Part shown: positions 1-9,759 of the stretch, piece by piece
Position numbering within the stretch: the first letter of the stretch is position 1
Layout of the letters: each line of letters opens with the position of its first letter
Assembly (NCBI GenBank): GCA_903879985.1
Contig: CAIRNR010000006.1
Coordinates: 32,505-96,504, forward strand
Direction: 5' to 3'
Origin: an uncultured candidate division WWE3 bacterium
GTDB taxonomy: Bacteria; Patescibacteriota; WWE3; UBA101185; UBA10185
Length of the DNA: 64,000 nt
The notes under the pieces: generated by a model
Seen by the model: the letters and a program-made list of their open reading frames with translations, nothing else
Databases searched by the model: none
Told to the model about the DNA's origin: nothing
Translations under genes and position numbers: made by a program

Positions 1-2
1 GA

Positions 3-494
3 CCAAACGGTGCCGGTAAATCAACCATCGTAAAAATAATAATGGGAGACGAACAGGCCATAAGTGGACTCTCAAAAGTCGGAGACAATATTAAAGTTGG
101 GTATTTTGCCCAAAAACAAACACATTTGGATTACGACCAAGACTTGTTCGAACATTTTATAGCCAGCACAGGATGCCCTTATTACGTGGCATATAAATAC
201 TTGGATAACTTTTTATTCAGTAAAGACGACATAAAAAAGCGCGTACGAAACTTAAGTCCTGGCGAACGTGCCCGTTTTGCTTTTGCGATATTCGCATACA
301 AAGATTACGACATGTTAATTTTAGACGAACCTTCTAACCATTTGGATATTGAGGCTAAAGAAGTTATTGAAGAAAGTTTGTCTAAATTTAAAGGAACCTT
401 ACTTTTAATTTCTCACGACCGATATTTTGTTGAGAGAGTAGGTATTGATAAAGTCTTGAATTTAAAAGATGGTATATTGAATTCGTATGCGTAA
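3..494 (+). CDS. ABC-F family ATPase, C-terminal ABC domain (5'-truncated by window edge)
   Basis: Frame 3 from nt 3 reads GPNGAGKSTIV (Walker A), then LSPGERARFAFA (ABC signature) and LILDEPSNHLD (Walker B). The gene continues upstream of the window. Confidence 0.6.
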   Translation, partial: PNGAGKSTIVKIIMGDEQAISGLSKVGDNIKVGYFAQKQTHLDYDQDLFEHFIASTGCPYYVAYKYLDNFLFSKDDIKKRVRNLSPGERARFAFAIFAYKDYDMLILDEPSNHLDIEAKEVIEESLSKFKGTLLLISHDRYFVERVGIDKVLNLKDGILNSYA

Positions 495-2596
495 CATATA
501 TAAAGCAGTCCTTATAATACTTGCGCAATACGTTTTATTTTTTTATCCGATTTTTTTACCACACAATATTTTAACTGGTTCATTTACTACAGATGCACTG
601 AGTTTGCACTATCCTTCACGGGCATTTTTATACGAAAAACTTCACCATGGCACACAGTTTTTTTGGACCGAAAGAATATATGGCGGTTTTCCTGTTTATA
701 CCGATTTGGAGCGCGGTTTTTTAAATCCCATAAATATTTTGTCGCTTTATTTATTTGATCCGTATACGTCTTACAAGGTTATTCACTTTATATATTATTT
801 TATTGGCGCGGTTTTCCTATATTTATTTTTAAAAGAAAAAAAGCTTGGGTTGATTGCCTTTGCTGTAGCGAACTTGATTTTCTTCTTTTCCTTTTACAGC
901 ATGGTACGGCAAGAACTATTTAATACTGTGCTTATTGTGTACCTGTTACCCGTGGGATTATATCTTTCGGAGAAACTTATAAATACACAAAAACAACGCT
1001 ACGCAATATTAAAAGGTGTGTGGCTTTGGGCAATGATTTCGTGGGGACAGTTTAACTTTATAACCATACTTTTAATGATTGACGGGCTGTATCTACTTAT
1101 ATATTCGTACAAAACACTTAAAGTAAAACACTTCTTCGCTAATTTAGGGTTAATTGGATTAACCGCAACTATATTATGTTTGCCGTTATTATATCCATTC
1201 CTAAATGTATTTCTGGCAGGTGCTAGAGGTGGGGGAGACTTAAATTATTTAGAAGGATCTTATTCGCCAATTGTGGCTCTAACAAATCTTTTTCCATTTA
1301 TATGGGGAATACCCAACAATTACGTTGGCGACTTGATTAAAAACGGATATTACTTAAACGAGGTTTATAACTATTTAGGAATTTCTTCGGTAATATTGGC
1401 GACACTTGCTTTTTTATTGCTAAAAAAAAACAAAGGACAAAATATTTTTTGCTGTCTTAATAAGCATATATGTTTGTTTAGCGTTTATAAGATACGTGCC
1501 AATACTAAACAACGTAAACATACCTTTGATATCTTCATTTAGGTATTGGGGCAGAGCGTCATTGTTGCTCACATTTTCTTGTGCATACTTAGCCGCATTT
1601 GGTGTTGAAGAGCTAGGAAAATTAAAACTGCAGATTAAAAATCTAATATATTTAGCACCAGCAGGAATTATTTATTTAGGAATCACGCTTGCTAATTTAA
1701 ATAATATCGAAACTACAAAAACTCTTTCTTTTATGTTGCATGGAGGCATTGCTAAGGATTATGTTTTATATGCTTATTTGGGCATAACAGCTATAGTGCT
1801 GGCCGTTAGCATCTTTGCGATTATCAAAAAAACCAACAGCTCTACAATCAAACTAATATTAGCAATAGTCATCTGCCTGGATTTATTCGTGCCGGCAACC
1901 CAATTAACAAAATCATACTATGTAACGAAACAAAACTTTGAACAAAATATTAAGCTCGGTTTAGATAAATATAAAAACGAACGCATAATATTTTTAGACG
2001 ATAAGAAAATATTTGGTAACACCATGATGTATCAACAAAGCTGGGGAATGTTTGGATATAGCGCGCCACTTGAATCTACAAACTATATCAGTTATATAAA
2101 TTCTCTTGGTTTTGATAGCGTCCGAAGACCAAAACTGGATACGTCTCCTGAATTATGGAATCAATCGCAGATTTACAATTTATCTCACGCAGGCATAACA
2201 ACGATAATTAAAAAAGACGGCAAGGTTTTTCCACTGCGTGACACAAACGTTTTAGACATTTTGCAAAATACAAGCCCCGATGTAGCAGCACAATATCTAG
2301 CAAAGGAAGAAGGCAACGTTACATTAGCAATTAACACAAAAGGAATACGTCAGATTCAAACATCAATAAGAAATTACCAAGGTTGGCAGCTATATATAAA
2401 TGGCGTCCGCCAAAACTTTATAAGTAAACCAACTGATTTATTTTTAAAATTCGAAGTCCAAACAGGGAACAGTGTTGTGGAACTTAAATATATACCGGTA
2501 GGTTTTTACAAAGGCTTATATTATTCACTATGTTTGTTGATTGTTAGCGCAATATCCTACCTAATTTACCGTGATAAAATAAGAACGAATGCATAA
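487..2596 (+). pseudogene. YfhO-like polytopic membrane glycosyltransferase-family protein, split by a +1 frameshift in an A9 tract (1422-1430)
   Basis: ORFs 487..1542 and 1496..2596 are both highly hydrophobic multi-TM proteins, and the second ends in a soluble domain plus a final TM. Deleting one A from the A9 run joins frame 1 to frame 2 as ...LLKKTKDKIFFAVLISIYVCLAFIRYVPIL..., whereas the present frame-1 tail (NKGQNIFCCLNKHICLF...) looks non-native. Confidence 0.5.
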
Positions 2597-4085
2597 ATTC
2601 CTCAAAAATAACTGGAAACTAAAACTGGTTATATTCATAATTTCTTTGACTTTGTTTTTATATAAACTGGATTACACCTCAATCTTCACGGATGAAGTAG
2701 TGTACTGGGACGCGGGACGAAATTACATACTCAAAAATGAAGTAATAGCTAATTTACAACACCCGCTAATAGCAAAATATATAGCAGGGCTTGCGTCGTT
2801 ACCACAAGAAAACAATATATTTTTAATTCGTTTACCATTTGCAGTAATGGGAGCCATGGCAAGCGTTGTAGTTTTTGCAATCGCCGCTGAGTGGCTATCT
2901 GTTGGGTGGGCACTTTTTGCGTGCTTATTATATTTAACCTACCCATTTATCTTTTCGTCGGAACGCATGGCCATGATGGAAGCACCAATGCATTTATTCT
3001 GGTTACTGTTTAACTTATTCTTTTTGAAATATTTAAAAAGCAAATCGAAAAAAGACGTTATAATTTCAGGCGTTTTTTTGGGTTTAAGTTTGGCAACAAA
3101 ATTTACGTCCATCACGCTAATTCCATTTATTCCACTGGCAATCCTTTTATATTGTTATTTAAACAAACAGAAATTAAGCGAATACAAAAATATCTTTCTT
3201 ATTATTTTGCCGGCTATAATTGTTTTTGGACTTTCTTACACTCAACTTATTTTCAAACGAGGTTTTTATTTTGCAATTACCGATGTATTAAGAGCGAATA
3301 AAGATATTATCTTTGACAGAAACAGCGAAGGTAAAATTCATATTATCGGTAACAAGATTTACACCAAATCACCATGGTGGTTCTATTTTTATTACATATA
3401 CCAAGCATATTCGATTCCACAGATAATACTTACGATAGCAGCAACTTTAACAAACTTTTTTAAGAAAACATTCTTTGGTGCGTATTGGGGATTATTTTTG
3501 TTATTAAACGCCGTTTTGTTTTTTAACATGGGTTTGAAGAACGCGAGATACATTGGTTCTATGGAAATCGCATTAGTATTTTTGGTAGCCGCAGGTTCAA
3601 AGATATTACTGGAAAACATAAAAGTCCGCTGGGTAAGAATACTTTTTATCTCAGTTGTAATAGCCACAGTAATACTCCGCGTGTCTAATATTATTTCGAT
3701 GGAACCAACTTCATACAACGCGCTTAAAAATTACTTAATCAAAGAAACAAATAACTTCACAACAGGGGATCGTACATTTGCTTACGGTTCCATAAATAGC
3801 GGAAGGTGGACATTTAGAGAATACCAACAATATCAAAACTCACCGGTGTTATTTAGAAAAGACTTTGAACTCCGCTGCGACTTTGCCGACTTTAAATATA
3901 TAGTCTTTGATGACGTAGAACTTATAAAAGTTCAAGACAACGAGCTTTATAATTATATAAATGCTAACCGCGAACTTTACACCGAAGTACCAATGTCGGG
4001 TTTGACCTTATTTAAGAAAAAAGATAACGTCGCACCACTGGTGGATTCAAGCTGTTATCTACTGCCAAACAAGGGTTTTAACTAA
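2589..4085 (+). CDS. GT-C fold membrane glycosyltransferase (PMT/ArnT-like, GT39/83-type)
   Basis: Multi-TM protein with the DE-motif FTDEVVYWDAGRNY in the first extracytoplasmic loop. It overlaps the upstream gene by 8 nt (ATGCATAA), consistent with an operon. Confidence 0.5.
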   Translation: MHKFLKNNWKLKLVIFIISLTLFLYKLDYTSIFTDEVVYWDAGRNYILKNEVIANLQHPLIAKYIAGLASLPQENNIFLIRLPFAVMGAMASVVVFAIAAEWLSVGWALFACLLYLTYPFIFSSERMAMMEAPMHLFWLLFNLFFLKYLKSKSKKDVIISGVFLGLSLATKFTSITLIPFIPLAILLYCYLNKQKLSEYKNIFLIILPAIIVFGLSYTQLIFKRGFYFAITDVLRANKDIIFDRNSEGKIHIIGNKIYTKSPWWFYFYYIYQAYSIPQIILTIAATLTNFFKKTFFGAYWGLFLLLNAVLFFNMGLKNARYIGSMEIALVFLVAAGSKILLENIKVRWVRILFISVVIATVILRVSNIISMEPTSYNALKNYLIKETNNFTTGDRTFAYGSINSGRWTFREYQQYQNSPVLFRKDFELRCDFADFKYIVFDDVELIKVQDNELYNYINANRELYTEVPMSGLTLFKKKDNVAPLVDSSCYLLPNKGFN

Positions 4086-4136
4086 AACCCTCACAGTCTA
4101 GCAATCCAACCAGGTTCGTGCTAATATTTACAAACT

Positions 4137-5027
4137 ATGCAAACAAAAGTAGAAAAAACACCAAAAGCTACCATTAAACTCACCGTAACGGTTGAGGCGG
4201 ATAAAGTTAAAGAAGCCTATGAAAAGGTTCTGGATAAAGCCGTTGCTGAAACCACAATCCAAGGTTTTAGAATAGGTACAGCTCCAAAAGAGTTGGTAAA
4301 AGACAAAGTCGGCACCGATACTTTGTATGGTGATGCCGTCAATATCATTTTACAAACCTTTTACCCACAGGCACTTAAGGAAAACTTAATAATGCCAATT
4401 TCCAATCCTCATGTAGAAATTAAGGAATTTAGTTTAGATAAAGACTTTGAATTCACTGCAACAGTCGCAACAATGCCCGAAGTTAAAATGCAAGAATATA
4501 AAGAAGAGTTAAAAAAACGTTACGCCGCTAAAATTGAAGAAGCAAAAAAGAACTTAAAAGAAGGCGAAGAACTTCACGTACATATTGGACCAAACGAAAT
4601 AATTGAGACTTTAATGGAAAAATCAGAGGTTGAATTTTCTGATTTATTATTAGAAGAAGAAACCGAAAGATTGTTATCCAGATTAGTTAACCAAGCACAA
4701 TCCATCGGTTTATCCGTAGAACAATACTTAAAATCACAAAACAAAACACCAGAAGAATTACACAGTGATTATCAAAAAATTGCTGAACGTAACTTAAAAG
4801 CCGAGTTTGTATTGGCCCATTTGGTAAAAACCGAAAAAGTCGAAGTTTCCGACGAAGAAATCCAAGAAGCTATAGCCGCAGTATCCAGTGAAGAACAAAA
4901 ATCCTTATTAGACGACAAAACTCAGATGATTTATGTAAAAAGTATCTTGCAGAAAAATAAATTAATTACTAAATTAATTGAAGAGACAGAAGGTGAAAAC
5001 CACCATGAACATGAACATAAAGAATGA
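4137..5027 (+). CDS. tig: Trigger factor, short form apparently lacking the FKBP/PPIase domain, with a His-rich tail
   Basis: The N-terminus MQTKVEKTPKATIKLTVTVEADKV...IQGFRIGTAPKELV matches the trigger-factor ribosome-binding domain. It lies in the classic tig-clpP arrangement. The C-terminus is ENHHEHEHKE. Confidence 0.6.
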   Translation: MQTKVEKTPKATIKLTVTVEADKVKEAYEKVLDKAVAETTIQGFRIGTAPKELVKDKVGTDTLYGDAVNIILQTFYPQALKENLIMPISNPHVEIKEFSLDKDFEFTATVATMPEVKMQEYKEELKKRYAAKIEEAKKNLKEGEELHVHIGPNEIIETLMEKSEVEFSDLLLEEETERLLSRLVNQAQSIGLSVEQYLKSQNKTPEELHSDYQKIAERNLKAEFVLAHLVKTEKVEVSDEEIQEAIAAVSSEEQKSLLDDKTQMIYVKSILQKNKLITKLIEETEGENHHEHEHKE

Positions 5028-5037
5028 AAAAAATAAT

Positions 5038-5634
5038 ATGAAAAATCAATTAGTTCCTATAGTCGTAGAAAAAGAAGCAAACGGAATGGAAAGATCTTAC
5101 GATATCTATTCACGTCTTTTACGCGACTACGTAGTATTTGTTACAGGCCCAATCGATATGGGAGTAGCAAACACTTTTATAGCACAACTATTATTCTTAG
5201 AAAGCCAAGATCCCGACAGAGATATTAGTGTTTACATCAATAGTCCAGGCGGAGACGCTTATGCAGGACTTGCCATGTACGACACAATGAAACACGTTAA
5301 AAACGATATCGTCGCCATAAACGTAGGACTTGCCGCATCAGCCGGAGCTTTAATATTAGCCGCAGGTACAAAAGGTAAAAAGTACGCACTTCCAAGTTCA
5401 TTCACAATGATCCACCAAGTATTGGGCGGAGTTGAAGGCCAAGCAACAGAAGTTGAAATTACAGCAAGACACATGTTAAAACTTAGAGAGCTTTATGCGG
5501 AATGCCTAGCCAACGGAACAGGCCAAAGCGTAGAAAAAGTTAAAAAAGATATAGACCGCGATTACTGGATGGACGCAAAAGAGTCGTTGGAATACGGTAT
5601 TATCGATAAGATTATGACTCCTAAGAAGAAGTAA
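5038..5634 (+). CDS. clpP: ATP-dependent Clp protease proteolytic subunit
   Basis: ERSYDIYSRLLRDYVVFVTGPID...YINSPGG...MIHQVLGG motifs. An alternative start is ATG 5005, which has an upstream AAGGTG and overlaps the tig 3' end. Confidence 0.85.
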   Translation: MKNQLVPIVVEKEANGMERSYDIYSRLLRDYVVFVTGPIDMGVANTFIAQLLFLESQDPDRDISVYINSPGGDAYAGLAMYDTMKHVKNDIVAINVGLAASAGALILAAGTKGKKYALPSSFTMIHQVLGGVEGQATEVEITARHMLKLRELYAECLANGTGQSVEKVKKDIDRDYWMDAKESLEYGIIDKIMTPKKK

Positions 5635-5754
5635 GAGGCGAGTAACCCGGGGCGAGGCGACAAGCTGCGGGCGGGGAGTAGGCGCGATTGTACAGCTTTT
5701 GTGGCTTTCGAAAATTGGTTTAGTACGGTAGAATATACCCGTTATTGCTTTCAT

Positions 5755-5831
5755 GGGCGGTTAGCTCAGTTGGTTAGAGCGCCACATTGACATTGTGGAG
5801 GTCATAGGTTCAATTCCTATATCGCCCACCA
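5755..5831 (+). tRNA. tRNA-Val (anticodon GAC)
   Basis: The cloverleaf was folded by hand. Acceptor stem GGGCGGT/ATCGCCC, D-stem GCTC/GAGC, anticodon stem CCACA/TGTGG with loop TTGACAT, T-stem ATAGG/CCTAT with a TTCAATT loop, and a 3' CCA. An upstream TAGAAT -10-like element is present. Confidence 0.85.
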
Positions 5832-5948
5832 TGAATTAATTATAGGGTCAGTTATTTCCACTTTATCTTTTACTAACCACAAGTCGGCTTGTCGCTATAA
5901 TATAATTGTTCTACCAGAATCACTCCTATATAGGCAGAGAGCAACGTT

Positions 5949-5961
5949 ACTAGGTATAATC
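5949..5961 (+). promoter_or_regulatory. Promoter-like -10 (AGGTATAAT) upstream of the first island gene
   Basis: ttactaggtataatc lies about 8 nt before ATG 5969. A second TATAAT occurs at about 5897. Confidence 0.25.
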
Positions 5962-5968
5962 TAATCAA

Positions 5969-6490
5969 ATGAAAACTTTAACAACCAACACAACTGAACT
6001 AGATAAAAACTCCATATCCCTCGCAGGAGAATTTGCCGTTCTTTCCCAATTAGCACTACGAGGATACGACGCAAATTTAACTCTTGGGCATACAAAAGGT
6101 GTTGATATTCTTATCTCTAATCCTAAAACAAATAAAATGTTTAAAATGGAGGTTAAAACCTCCTATAAAAATGTTCCTACGACATATAAATTATTTGGTC
6201 ATTGTTTAGCCTGGGTAATGGGAGAGAAAAACGAAAATATAGCCGATCAAAATTTATTCTACTGCTTTGTTAATATAGAACATCCTGATTATAAATTCCG
6301 ATTCTTCATAATACCAAGTGCTGTGGTAGCAAAATATGTGAAAGAGCAGCATCAATATTGGATTTCAACAAGGACAGAAGATGTTGAAACTACAACAATG
6401 CGCCAATTTAGAATCGGACTGGAAGAAACGAAATACAACATAGATACGCCATTAGCAAGAGACTACGAAGATATGTGGGACCTTAGTTAG
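5969..6490 (+). CDS. Hypothetical protein with a YraN/Hjc-like PD-(D/E)XK nuclease signature
   Basis: GEFAVLSQLALRGYDANLTLGHTKGVDILIS...MFKMEVKTS reproduces the UPF0102/Holliday-junction-resolvase pattern GE..A..L..GY...D-I/L...hEVKt. Confidence 0.35.
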   Translation: MKTLTTNTTELDKNSISLAGEFAVLSQLALRGYDANLTLGHTKGVDILISNPKTNKMFKMEVKTSYKNVPTTYKLFGHCLAWVMGEKNENIADQNLFYCFVNIEHPDYKFRFFIIPSAVVAKYVKEQHQYWISTRTEDVETTTMRQFRIGLEETKYNIDTPLARDYEDMWDLS

Positions 6491-6580
6491 TAAAACAGTA
6501 ATAATCAGATACTCCCTAACACATTCTTCAGATAATTTAACTTCATATAAAGCCCAAAAGAAAAGGAATACAATTTAACT

Positions 6581-6778
6581 GTGAAAATAACCTTCCAAAT
6601 CGATCCTCAATACGACTACGATATGGTGTTACATATGTTGCGAGGAAAAGATTGGCAAAATAGGGCTAAACGCATGGGTTTAGATTTCTCTTTGGTTGAA
6701 AAAATTAATCAGGCAACCGGCACCGATATGTGTATTTTACTACAGACTAATCCTGCACAAAAAGGCAGCTATATCTAA
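6581..6778 (+). CDS. Hypothetical small protein
   Basis: ORF only; no recognisable motif. Confidence 0.2.
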   Translation: MKITFQIDPQYDYDMVLHMLRGKDWQNRAKRMGLDFSLVEKINQATGTDMCILLQTNPAQKGSYI

Positions 6779-6812
6779 TTATTTATACTAAAGATATCCG
6801 TTAACTCATGTT

Positions 6813-7616
6813 TTGTTGCCAGATGACACAAACCCCACTATAGACTATCCTATAATCAACATGTCCGAATACTACAACAACCAAAGAACACCAAAAAACT
6901 GCTACACAAAAGGCCAAACCGAACCATTTAAACTAAGCCGCTCCAAAATAGACAGCTTCCTCAAATGCCCCCGCTGCTTCTACATCGACCGCGTACTAGG
7001 CACAGGACAACCTCCGGGATTTCCATTTGCATTAAACAGTGCGGTAGACCATCTATTAAAACTAGAATTCGATATTCATAGGGCAGCTGGCTCAAAACAC
7101 CCACTAATCGAAAAATATGGTGTTGATGCAATACCTGCAGCTCACAAAGACTTAAATATATGGCGTGAAAACTTTAAAGGCGTTCAATTTCTACACAAAC
7201 CAACAAATTTATATGTATTTGGAGCCATAGATGACCTCTGGATCAACTCTAAAGGCGAATACATAGTTGTAGACTACAAATCCACAAGTAAGGACGAAGA
7301 AATAACAACATTAAATAAAGATTGGCAGGACGGCTATAAAAGACAAATGGAGGTTTATCAATGGTTGCTAAGACAAAATGGTTATAAGGTTTCGGAGACC
7401 GGTTACTTTGTATATTGTAACGGCGACACCGACAAAGCTGCCTTTGATGCAAAACTTGAGTTTGATATTACCTTGATTCCTTATGTTGGGGATGATAGTT
7501 GGATTGAAAAGGTTCTATTTGATATTAAAAAGTGCTTGGAGTCGGATGTGTTACCGGCCAGCGGTGAGGATTGTGATTATTGCGCATATTTTTATGCTAG
7601 GAAGGGACACGAATGA
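6813..7616 (+). CDS. Cas4-like / RecB-family PD-(D/E)XK nuclease with four Cys (probable Fe-S cluster)
   Basis: N-terminal CPRC, GAIDDLWINSKGEYIVVDYKS (D...E-hDYK), RQMEVYQWLL (QxxxY) and C-terminal CDYCAY. A possible internal start is MSEYYNN at 6861. Confidence 0.6.
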   Translation: MLPDDTNPTIDYPIINMSEYYNNQRTPKNCYTKGQTEPFKLSRSKIDSFLKCPRCFYIDRVLGTGQPPGFPFALNSAVDHLLKLEFDIHRAAGSKHPLIEKYGVDAIPAAHKDLNIWRENFKGVQFLHKPTNLYVFGAIDDLWINSKGEYIVVDYKSTSKDEEITTLNKDWQDGYKRQMEVYQWLLRQNGYKVSETGYFVYCNGDTDKAAFDAKLEFDITLIPYVGDDSWIEKVLFDIKKCLESDVLPASGEDCDYCAYFYARKGHE

Positions 7617-8119
7617 CTGAAATAACAATGTTTGCACCATCAGAAGACTTAATCTTTAACAAAGATATAAACGCTTTAAAAGAAAGAACTCGCCGCGGAA
7701 TCATGTGTATCTTAGGCCGAAAATTAGAAGATCCTAAAAATGAGTACTGGGTTAATTACTGCGTATGCATAAAGAACAATTACTTTATACAAATAATGAC
7801 AACAGAAAAAGAAGATGGGTTATTAATAGAACTAAGCAGCAGCCATTATTCTTCAGGCAGACTAAATCAAGCTAAGCTAGACATTATTTCAAGTTATGGC
7901 TATGAATTTGGAAATAAAATGAATCCAAACTTTCATAAAACCGTAACATTAACCCCGGACTTATTGTTCGAATTAGGTGACGAACTAACCGACATAATGT
8001 ATCGCGTCTTTGACCTTGAACAGCATCAGCCATTGAAGATTGAGTATGATCAGGATGTTTATCGGGCACCTTCACCATTTGCATCACGTTTATTTGGTTG
8101 GTTAAGAGGTATTAAATGA
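7613..8119 (+). CDS. Hypothetical protein (operon member)
   Basis: 4-nt ATGA overlap with the upstream gene; no known motif. Confidence 0.4.
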   Translation: MTEITMFAPSEDLIFNKDINALKERTRRGIMCILGRKLEDPKNEYWVNYCVCIKNNYFIQIMTTEKEDGLLIELSSSHYSSGRLNQAKLDIISSYGYEFGNKMNPNFHKTVTLTPDLLFELGDELTDIMYRVFDLEQHQPLKIEYDQDVYRAPSPFASRLFGWLRGIK

Positions 8120-8754
8120 ACCCAAACAACAAAACACTTTGCGCAACATGCAGCGGATTATTACCAGAAAACAAATGGCGACCTCGCCCAATAAACGAAT
8201 GGCGTGAAGTCATTTTATCCAAAGTATACAAATACGAAAACAACGACACCGATCCTAGATACGCCATATTCTCAAATGTCGCCTACAACCTTCAGTATTT
8301 AGAGTACTTACATAAATGCCTAGAAGAACAATATTTAACATCTGTTATTAGATCACAACTAGTAAAAACATTTACCTTAACATCTTCCCAAATTATTGAA
8401 TGCCTTTTGTATATCAAACTGCTTGATATGAAAGTAAACGAAAGCGAGATTTGGGAGTTTTCTAGAGCTTTGAAAATTGCCGAGCAAAAAAACGCGTACG
8501 GCCTTGGACCAATGTTTTATAAAAACGAATTGAAGAAAATTAAAGAGCTTAGAAATAAAGTTCATTTACAAACTTCTGAGGGTATCGCCGATGCTGATTA
8601 CGCTGTGTTTGCAAAAATTGAAGTGTTAAACGAAGTCAAAAAGATTTTGTTTAGTTTCATCCAAAAGTGTCTTTCGTTGCCAACGCCAACTATGAATGAA
8701 GTTTTTTATTTTTTGTTGCCTCTTGAGGATTATTTGCATTCGAGGAAGGATTAA
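8116..8754 (+). CDS. Hypothetical protein with an N-terminal CxxC (operon member)
   Basis: 4-nt ATGA overlap with the upstream gene; CATCSG near the N-terminus. Confidence 0.4.
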   Translation: MNPNNKTLCATCSGLLPENKWRPRPINEWREVILSKVYKYENNDTDPRYAIFSNVAYNLQYLEYLHKCLEEQYLTSVIRSQLVKTFTLTSSQIIECLLYIKLLDMKVNESEIWEFSRALKIAEQKNAYGLGPMFYKNELKKIKELRNKVHLQTSEGIADADYAVFAKIEVLNEVKKILFSFIQKCLSLPTPTMNEVFYFLLPLEDYLHSRKD

Positions 8755-8759
8755 AAACT

Positions 8760-9686
8760 ATGAAAAATTATTATAGAGTAATGTTAGGTCAAAAAAGCAT
8801 TTATGCTAAAGAAGCCTTTGAGGGTAACTTTATTGGAGCAGGATGGTTAGAAGATATTGATTTTACACATAAATTTCCGGATAACTGGCGCGAATTTAAC
8901 AAAAAATACATTCCTATCTACATAGAAGAGAACCCAGATAAAACAAAAGTTGCAGCCGGATTGGCCTGTGGGATGCTCTATACAATAACTAAAGGTATTC
9001 TTGTGGGTGATATTGTTTTATGTCCAGATGGTAAAGGAAACTACCTTGTAGGTGAAGTAATAGGTGAATATGAATATTTTAAGGGTGCGAATTTACCACA
9101 TAGACGAAAAGTTAGATGGTATCAAGATACGCTATCTCGAGATGAAATAAGTGAATCACTTAAGAATTCCGCTGGAAGCATTGGTACATTAAGTAATATT
9201 TCCAAATACGGAGCCGAAATTGAAGCTTTAATTTCGGGTAACCGTCCAGCTTCCATAATCTCTACGGACGAAACAATAGAAGATCCAAGCCTTTTTGCAC
9301 TTGAAAAACACTTAGAAGACTTTTTGGTACAAAATTGGCACCACACGGAACTTGGGCAACACTACGATATTTATTCAGAAGACGGAGAAATAGTAGGTCA
9401 ACAATACCCAAGCGACACCGGTCCAATTGACATTTTAGCTATAAGTAAAGATAAAAAAGAAATCCTTGTTGTAGAACTTAAAAAGGGAAGAGTAAGTGAT
9501 GTTGTAGTAGGTCAAATTCAAAGATACATGGGTTATGTTAAAGATGAATTAGCTGAAGAGAACCAAACAGTTAAAGGGGTTATTATAGGCTTTGAAGATG
9601 ATGTAAAGATACACAGAGCGTTATCTGTTGCACCCAACATTGATTTTTATACATATAAGATTCATTTTAAGTTAGAGAAAAAGTAA
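8760..9686 (+). CDS. Two-domain protein: N-terminal possibly PUA/EVE-like domain plus a C-terminal NucS/DUF91-like PD-(D/E)XK nuclease domain
   Basis: The C-terminus LEKHLEDFLVQNWHHTELGQHYDIYSEDGEIVGQQYPSDTGPIDILAISKDKKEILVVELKKGRVSDVVVGQIQRYMGYV fits E...D(IDIL)...ELK...Q..RY. The N-terminus has GAGW...ILVGDIVLCPDGKGNYLVGEVIGEYEY, which suggests a PUA-like fold. Confidence 0.5.
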   Translation: MKNYYRVMLGQKSIYAKEAFEGNFIGAGWLEDIDFTHKFPDNWREFNKKYIPIYIEENPDKTKVAAGLACGMLYTITKGILVGDIVLCPDGKGNYLVGEVIGEYEYFKGANLPHRRKVRWYQDTLSRDEISESLKNSAGSIGTLSNISKYGAEIEALISGNRPASIISTDETIEDPSLFALEKHLEDFLVQNWHHTELGQHYDIYSEDGEIVGQQYPSDTGPIDILAISKDKKEILVVELKKGRVSDVVVGQIQRYMGYVKDELAEENQTVKGVIIGFEDDVKIHRALSVAPNIDFYTYKIHFKLEKK

Positions 9687-9759
9687 TTATGGTGGATAAC
9701 GATGTCAGCTTGCTTAATATAAGAAATTTCAGAAATCATTTGGTATATAATGAAGCAGC

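Noticed and set aside
5636-5700. GC-rich patch (cccggggcgaggcgacaagctgcgggcgggg) after clpP, considered as a small RNA or terminator
   Set aside because: No convincing hairpin or T-run could be folded by eye. Left unannotated.
5832-5968. attR-like direct repeat of the tRNA-Val 3' end, sought downstream
   Set aside because: None was recognised by eye anywhere up to about 22 kb. The island boundary therefore remains inferred from gene content and GC only.
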